IMG/VR virus record: IMGVR_UViG_3300044611_001420
Length of the DNA: 64,000 nucleotides
From: a virus
Direction: 5' to 3' (one strand)
Numbering within the stretch: position 1 is the first letter of the stretch; every line of letters starts with the position of its first letter. Under the pieces are notes generated by a model. The model saw nothing but the letters and a program-made list of their open reading frames with translations. It did not search any database and was not told where the DNA came from. This document shows positions 56,264 through 64,000 of the stretch, piece by piece. The translations under genes were made by a program, and so were the position numbers.

Positions 56264-56664
56264 AACCTGATAACACTCTTCGTAACGCTAGTATCATTGG
56301 CGTTTCTTTCCTCGTCTCTCTGGTAATTATCAATGCTGTTGTTGGTCCGATCTATAATGTATGGGCACAATCCCTTGCAGGTAAAGCAGAACTTCAGAAA
56401 GCAGAATATACCCGTCAAGTTGCAGTTCTTGAAGCACAAGCAAAGAAAGATTCTGCACAACAACTTGCCGATGCTGAAGTGATTCGTGCCACTGGTGTTG
56501 CAAAAGCAAACCAAATCATTGGTGATTCACTGAAAGATAATCGTGAGTATCTTCAATATCTTTATATCACTGGACTGGAAGATGGTAGCAAGAATGGTAA
56601 TGTAACCATTTATGTTCCTACAGAAAATGGTATGCCTGTTCCTACTCTGCAAATGAACAAATGA
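56260..56664 (+). CDS. Membrane-anchored SPFH/band-7-like coiled-coil protein
   Basis: N-terminal TM helix; AEVIRATGVAKANQII..SL...YLQYL...IYVPTE. Confidence 0.6.
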   Translation: MKPDNTLRNASIIGVSFLVSLVIINAVVGPIYNVWAQSLAGKAELQKAEYTRQVAVLEAQAKKDSAQQLADAEVIRATGVAKANQIIGDSLKDNREYLQYLYITGLEDGSKNGNVTIYVPTENGMPVPTLQMNK

Positions 56665-57487
56665 CAACAAAAGTGAAACGTAAAATGGTAAATGTGGAAC
56701 CTGTTTCTTCAAAAGCAAAAAACAGGTTTGTGAATATTATGGATAGTCTTCACGGTTGTGTAGTGGAGCAAGAGAAGGACAATCTTATTTTTCTTGCTTC
56801 TATCAACCGTAAATACTTTATGTGGTTGCCAAAAGAAGGAAACGAACATTGGAAAATTGTAAAATGAAACCAATTAAATTTTTTCAAGTTGCTAAATGGT
56901 CTCATCGTGAAGACTTTGGGCACGAGTGGTATATACAACTATTTTTTACAGACCGTTGGGCACTTCTTCAGGCATCGATTTCTTGGAATGACTTTCCTGG
57001 TTGGCCTTACATTCAAATCAAATCTGGAACTGGTAGTCTTTTGAGTATTATTTTCTGGGCATATAAATTTGGATTTGATATTGGTTTTATTGAGTACACT
57101 TGGAACTGGGAACGATTGGAAGAGATAGATGAAGACGAAACTGAACTGGTTTGAGTATTATTTTGGACACTGCTTTCAGACTGGTTGGAGAGAAATCTGG
57201 AACAATTTCAAGATGTGGAGAGACCTCATCAGTGGAAACTATAAGGACTATGCTCTTTTAAAAAATGATGACCCATATGAAGAATGTTATAATTGGTTCT
57301 GGACTTCTATCAATCTAGATGAAACATATCCCAAAGAGTTTCTTGAATACCTGATGGAAATGTGTGATAGAATTGATAGAGGTGAAGAGAAACTGATTCC
57401 ATTCACCAAAGAAATGTTTGATGACCTTGATGACCTTGTAGGTAATTTGATTGATGATTTGAAACTTGATGAGGAGTTGGACAAAGA

Positions 57488-57799
57488 ATGATTGGATTGA
57501 TTGCTGGACTGACTTGTGGAATTGCAACTTACTATGGAGTAGGTGATGGTTTTGATGGTCAGAGAACTGCATCAGGAAAAAGATTTGATGCTTATGCCCA
57601 TACCGTAGCCCATCCTTATCTTAAGTTTGGAACACGACTTCGGATTACAAATCAAGACAATATGAAACAAGTTTATGTGACCGTGACTGATAGAGGTCCA
57701 TATTCTCACGCTGATATGGATATGAGTTATGGAGCATTTCGTAAGATTGCAAATGTTAATAATGGAAATGCAACTATTTGTTGGAGAGTAGTTGGATGA
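57488..57799 (+). CDS. RlpA-like double-psi beta-barrel protein (lytic transglycosylase-like)
   Basis: GIATYYG...GQRTASG..FD....AHP.L.FGT...VTDRGPY...DMSYGAF. Confidence 0.85.
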   Translation: MIGLIAGLTCGIATYYGVGDGFDGQRTASGKRFDAYAHTVAHPYLKFGTRLRITNQDNMKQVYVTVTDRGPYSHADMDMSYGAFRKIANVNNGNATICWRVVG

Positions 57800-58842
57800 T
57801 AAAGAAACTACCTGATAAAAAAGAACTGGATATTATATGGACGGTGGCAACCAGTTCCGCAATTGAATGTAATGACAAACCTCATATTATCTTTGCCCGA
57901 CTGCTGTATTATGAGTTGTCGGATGAAGAGTTCCCTTACAAACTTGCTGATCCAAAATGAGTTTTTCTAAAACAATTTCAGTCTTTGCTGCTCTCGCAAG
58001 TATCTTTGCTGCTGGAGCAACTGGTTGGAAACTTGCAGATTCACAAAAAGAAGTTCCTTTGAGTCCATTAGACCAAAAGGTAATGGAGTTGGAAAAGAAA
58101 CTTGACCAAGCACAACAACCACAAGTTGCTCCAGAACCAGTCAAACTTCCACCACCTACAGTTCAAACAGTAGCACCACAACCTGCTATACTGCCACCAG
58201 TAACACCTCCTCCTCCTGTTCCTGAAAATGTCACTCCTTGATACTCTCAACTACTTCATACAAGACCAAGAAGGACACCTACAATGTCTTGAATGGGACA
58301 TCAGAGAGGAAACCAATTATGAGAACAATAATCTTGATTGGTATACTGAACAATACGACCTTACTAAACAACGAATAGAAGACCTCAAACAAATCAAAAT
58401 CATTATTGAAAATCAATGAAAACCTACAATCTCACCATCACTGAAAAGCAGGCACGAGCACTTGTAGATGCTACTGATTTGCTTCAAAGAGTTCAACTTG
58501 GTCAGTGGAGAGAAATTCAAGATAATCTACCTCTTCAAAAACCAATTGATTATGAGGAATTTCATCAGGATATGAAAATTATTGGAGCAATTCTATCCAA
58601 ACATATGATTGATGGTATTGATGGTGGTGCTTCCTCACTTGGAGTAGGACATCCAAACCTTCCAGAAAGTAATGGTATTCTTTATGACCTTCATCGGGTC
58701 ATTCGTAGGAAACTTTCTGTGGAAAGGGCAGTAGAACAGGGCATTATTGAGAATGAAAATGTTTCCAGAAATGAGATGCCTATCACTGTGGATTTTGATT
58801 TACCTATGAAATGGGGAACTGAACCACTTGCTAAACTGGAAA

Positions 58843-58900
58843 GGGTCAGTTGAGAAACTGGCACAGGGCATCTCCACAGGTGCCCTTTTTGGTCTATAAT
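58843..58900 (+). promoter_or_regulatory. Dyad promoter element with internal terminator-like hairpin
   Basis: GGTCAGTT-GAGA-AACTGGCAC; GGGCATCT/AGGTGCCC plus T run; TATAAT at 58895. Confidence 0.7.
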
Positions 58901-61560
58901 ACTCTCATACACACAGAGGACTGCTGATGACTTACCAAATCACCAAAGAAATCCGTATTCACCACGAAGATGGTTGGTTTTACCAATTTACTGATGATGG
59001 TGAAGGTTGTATTGAGGTTTCTTCTTATGAAACACACGGTATTCAAGAAACAAAAACGGGACAAACTCTTCACATTCCCAAAGATTGTATTATTGATTTT
59101 ATTGAAGTCCTGACTGAAATGCGATGAACTACCTTTGCCTTGTTGATGGTGTCGTAGAATACGGCAGCACAGACCTCAACGACTTCAATCATTACCGTAG
59201 TGTGTATTACGAAGACCACAAAGATGCTGAAAATGTAGAGTATCTTGTGTTGACTGATGAAGCATACAACGAAATGTTCCCTTGTGAGGATGAAGAATGA
59301 TTGAACAAGAAGAACTTCTCAAAGAGTATCAACAAGAAATTGAGAAATGTTGGGAACTTGCTCAAAAACTTGATTACCTAAATCCTGAACTTGTTGGTGC
59401 CTTTACTGGTTCTCCAAGTGAGAGGATTGAACGACAACTTTACACTCTTGGTATTTTGAACTGAAATGACTAAAATCCAACTCAAAGCAATCACAGTTAC
59501 ATACACCCGAACTCTCACAGTTGCTCCCACAACTGAAATGTTTGAGGACTGGGAGGATTATCCAGACCAAGAAGGATTTGAGAGTTTAGTGCTTAATGAA
59601 TTGTTTGATAAAATCCATTATGAGATGGGAGGACCTGCAAATCCTATGCCTTACACTAATGTAGAACAGTTTGAAACCGTTGAGATTGACTGGGAAGGTG
59701 ATGAAGAGGAGGATGAAGAATGACTGAAGAACTCCCAGTATCAAACGAATTCATCACATTTGTAAGAATTCAACTTGACCACGAACAAAGACAACAACTC
59801 CGTCGTTATCTAAATCTCCATTATCTTGGTGATGTAAATTGTAATGAGTATGATGAGAACTTCAAACTTGTTCCCAAATACCCAGAAAAAGAAACACAAG
59901 AGTTCAAAGATGCTATGTGGAGAGCAGATATGTCAGTAGATTATCAAGTCAAAGTGGTTTATGATGTGAATGGTAAATGTAAAATGGAGTTGCTATGAAA
60001 CCTTATCTTTTGATTGCTGGGGACAACTATTACCCTTCTGCTTATACTGGTGATTGGATTGCTTGTTATGAAACTAAAGAGGAAGCACAAGAAAAATGGG
60101 AAGAACTATTATCAAAAACAAAGTATAGATATGACTGGTATGAGATTGTTGATTTGAGGGAGTGGATGGAAGATACTACATTTGATACTTTTGGACCTAC
60201 TGGACTTATTGGAGACCCACAGTGAAACTCTTTCAATACGATAAGAAAATATGGGATAATGGTGAAACCTCACATACTTGGCAGTTTGGTATTCTCAAAA
60301 ATCATTCACTTCTGTGGGTGAATTATGAAAATCCCAGTGCTTTAGTTCATAGTAATGGTGGATTACACATCCTACTCTCATTTTTCACTTCTACTTCTTT
60401 TCTTGGAGTAGATTTTCAAGTTGGTAAGGTTGGTTTGAGTTTTAACTTTTTTACTGAATACTTTGATGGGTTTGGAGAGAATGAGTGATGAATAAGGACG
60501 CATACTACGACTGGATTGATGAAAACGACACCTACCCAGAACATTCTCATAAGTGGATAGTGGGACTTTATAACAAATATGAAGGTGTAGAGGGACTTCA
60601 TAGATACTTTGGAGTTTTTGAAACCAAAGAAGAAGCAAAAGTATTCGCAGCAGATTATAAAGACAAATATACAAAAGCAGGGTTTATAAGTAGTATGAGA
60701 GTTTTCCCTTTATGTGAGGTGAAAAAATGAGTATAAAAAAAGAATCTTTCTTTTTCTATTATCTTAAAAAAACGGGAGGACTACACGACCCAAGGTTTGT
60801 CATAGAAATGATAAAACTACTAAAGGAGTGGTTGCCCGAAACCACAGAAGATGAAGATAGTTGGAAAGAGTATAATTCCAACTATTATAACGGACAAGGT
60901 GATTACAAACAGTTTCTTATGGATAACTTGAAATGACTAAATGCACTTTTGACCCAACAGCAGACATCTACAAAGATACTCCTATTGGTATGTTTCACTG
61001 CCCTGAATGTGGTGAAATGGTGCTTGCTGGTATGCCTCATCCTGATTGGGATGAGTTTTATAATGAGGATGAAGAATGACTGATTACTCAACTGATAAAG
61101 TAACCCGTGTAGAAGTGATTGACCAAGATGGAAGGTCTTATGTAAATTGGGACGACAATAATAAGGTAGAGTTGTCCTTTCAGGATGACGGAAGAACTCT
61201 CAAAGTTTTTATTAGTAATCGGGAAGAAAAATGACTAAACTCTACAATCGTCCTATGAACTTCTTTGAGAAACTCCATTCTGGGTGGTATTGGATTTGGG
61301 AAATCTTTGATGAATGGTGCTATACTATGAGAAGTGAAGACGGAGAGTTCTTTAACTATCTTCAAAGTGATTATGTAAAATATGAGGAGGAAATGTATTA
61401 TGACTGATTGGTTGTCTGGTTTTAGAGAAGAAACCAATCAAATTAGAGAAGACAACAAACAAATTAGAAAGGAAGTTGAAAGATTGCGAAAAGAAAATGA
61501 AGCACTTCGTTCCATTACTCCTAAAAAATTATTAGAGATTGTGGAAAAATCTGTAAAGGA

Positions 61561-61618
61561 GGACACTTGAAGAACTGGCACAAGAGGGCATCCAGAGTGG
61601 TCTGTGATGCCTTATAAT
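61561..61618 (+). promoter_or_regulatory. Dyad promoter element
   Basis: GGACACTT-GAAG-AACTGGCAC; TATAAT at 61613; AAGGAG RBS downstream. Confidence 0.7.
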
Positions 61619-62386
61619 AGTAGGACAAACAAAGGAGAACTCAAATGTCCCTCGATGAATCTGATTGGGACCAACTATTTGGCAAAAATCTTACTGTTTA
61701 TGGAGAAACTAAAATGATTAAAATCAGTAAAACTTACCATCTTGCTCTCACAGAGGAACAAGCAAAAGAACTCTACCAATTTCTACGAACTGAAAGGGAT
61801 AGTGGATGTCTAACACCTGATAAAGAACTGGTGCTTGTTTATCACGAACTCAAAAACCTCTTTGATACTGGGATACGATGAAACCACCAGATTGTTTGGG
61901 TGTTGTTGGTAAATGCACCGATTGTGAAAATCCTGTGTTAGAATACCTGTGTAATCAATCTCTTTTGGAATTGCGACCAGAAAGTAAAAACTTTGACTAT
62001 TGGTTTTCTTGTAGTAATATGCTATGTAAAAATCATAGTGGTGGAGGTTCTTATGGATATTATTATGATGATTGGGTGGATGAGAAAAATGACTAAACTA
62101 TCAGCAGCAGACCTTATGGTAATTCATAATACTCTTTATAAAAGTTTGAGTGTCGTTGGAAATAGTATTTGGACACAAGAAACCAGAGAAAGAGTTATGG
62201 ATAAGGTGTCTATTATTATGGAGAATATGAACGCAGAAGTTGTCTGTGGTGATGTAGAACCTATTGTAGTGAGTGGAGATTTGGGAGGATGACCCACCCA
62301 TCTTATTGTTGCCCTAAATGCGGAGAACAGATAGGATGGACTGGAAGGCTCTTTCAGTTTCTTCGTATTCCATTACATCGGTGTAA

Positions 62387-62443
62387 GGACAGTTGAAGAA
62401 CTGGCACAAGGACACTCCATAAACCCTCTGGATGCCTTATAAT
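62387..62443 (+). promoter_or_regulatory. Dyad promoter element
   Basis: GGACAGTT-GAAG-AACTGGCAC; TATAAT at 62438. Confidence 0.7.
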
Positions 62444-64000
62444 ACTCTCATACACACAGATACCTTATGACTGAACAAGAACTTATTGAACTCTGGGGTG
62501 ATGGAACCCAGTTTGGAATGAATACTCTTGGTGCTGGTGTTATGACTGGTGCTATGAATAATGCCTTTCGTGAGGTTGCTGTAAAGTTTGCTCTTGTAGT
62601 TGCTGATAAAGCATATGGTATTGGTTATGATATTGGAGCAGGTGATGAGTATGATAGGGGATATGTTGATGGTGTGGAAAGTGTAAGGTCAGGTGTTCTT
62701 GGAGATTGAAATGACTGCCTTCACTTACAAAGGATACGGACGCATCTACACCAATCCAGAGAACATTCAAGATGTAGAACAAATCATTCAAGAACTTGAT
62801 GAGTTTGAGTGGGGTTATTATACAGGAGGACTTGTAGCATCTTGGGATATGTATCCAAATGTTGAGTATGTTGGTAAGTTTGAACTTGATGAAGAAAAGT
62901 TCAAACAAATCTGTAAAGAACGAAACATTCCTGTTTTTGTTTTTAATGCTTATGATAATGACTATCCTCGTGGTTATGTTAAAACTTTGAATAGAGAAGA
63001 AATTAAAGCACTTTCTTATGGAGAACTGAAATGACTAACGAAGAAATCGGTGAAACAATTGGATTTTATATTTTTGTAGGAGTATTGGGTTGGGCACTTG
63101 TGTCTTTCTTTTCTCTTACTTGGGCACAAGCACTCACAATCTCTTGGATGTATAGCAAACTTATTGATGTTCTACAATGACTAACGAAGAAAAACTCAAT
63201 CTTCTCCTCAAGGTTCTCAAAGAAGTAGCAGAGGTAAAACACTGCTATGAAGGTCTATTTGGAGATGATTATACTCCAAGTGCTGGTAGTTATGATGATG
63301 CCTTTGAGGATGGTTGTGCTTATGGTGAGATTACCTTTGCCCGCACTATGTTAGAATGTATTGGTGAAAAGTTTGAGTATCCTTGTATGAAAGAAAATGA
63401 CTAATAAAGTAAAATTCACACAAGTATCACGAGTGATTGACCCGAAGACATCTATTCATTATCTTGATGCTGTAGATGCTCAAGGGGTTCATTGGATGTC
63501 GCAAATGGAGCACAAAACAGAGAAATGGTTGTGCTACGATAGAGTATGGTATAAAGACCCACAACAACCATTAGACTTATGACTAAACAATACCCAATAG
63601 AAGACTGGGAGTTTGTTGAGGAGATTGAAACATCCTTCAACGAATGGTTTTATGGAAATCATACTGAATGGACTTGGACTGTTGAATGGTTTGCGGGAGA
63701 TTGTTCTGTTGAAGACCCAAAGACCCGTGAAGACCTGATGAGAAAATGGATTTACGCATCGTTCTATGAGGGTTTTATGCGAGGGAAATATGCTAAACTG
63801 GAAGAACAAACAGGACTGACGAATAATGACTGAATTTCAACCAAAACCACAACATCCCGAAGAAGTTGCCGATGGATTGCGTAATGCCTTTAGACAAGCA
63901 ATCAAAGATGGTGTGATGGATGCTACTCCTTACCTTAAACAAATGACTGACGAACAACTACTCAATTCACTACAAGGAACTATGGCAACGATTGACCCGT

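Larger units (their letters stand above)
56661..64000 (+). other. Hypervariable early region: about 25 short, translationally coupled hypothetical ORFs, the last one truncated
   Basis: Dense ATGA overlaps; acidic, Trp-rich 50-145-aa ORFs; dyad promoters at 58843, 61561 and 62387. Confidence 0.65.

Noticed and set aside
1-64000. Bacterial chromosome or prophage origin
   Set aside because: T4-type late promoters, single-strand gene packing and phage gene content throughout; no integrase or host housekeeping operons.

Overview
AT-rich segment of a large T4-like cyanophage (cyanomyovirus) genome; almost all genes are on the + strand. The assignment rests on T4-type late promoters (TATAAATA), a plant-type ferredoxin, a CobS/VWA pair and a tmRNA with a picocyanobacterial-type tag. 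1-15.9 kb: tail fibre/virion genes, including a 2756-aa fibre with very long (Gly-Thr-Gln)n collagen tracts. 15.9-31.2 kb: three paralogous 12-repeat beta-propeller genes interleaved with glycosyltransferases, a sulfotransferase, an FkbM methyltransferase and 2OG-Fe(II) oxygenases. 31-50 kb: a candidate small RNA, homing endonucleases, VWA/MoxR genes, petF, a block of basic proteins carrying T4-like capsid-targeting sequences, four tRNAs (one with a group I intron) and a Dam methylase. 50-54.3 kb: a 24-tRNA array covering all 20 amino acids, followed by a circularly permuted two-piece tmRNA. 54.3-64 kb: a second methylase and many short early ORFs. A 13-copy dyad-plus-(-10) promoter element recurs from 32 to 62 kb. 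The most striking unannotated signal is a 33-codon leader ORF (50115-50216) that encodes all 20 amino acids within its first 28 codons. It sits inside a complete protector/antiterminator/terminator RNA architecture directly upstream of the tRNA/tmRNA array, and looks like a general translation-sensing attenuator. All calls were made by eye, with no database searches; coordinates were hand-counted and may be off by a few bases.
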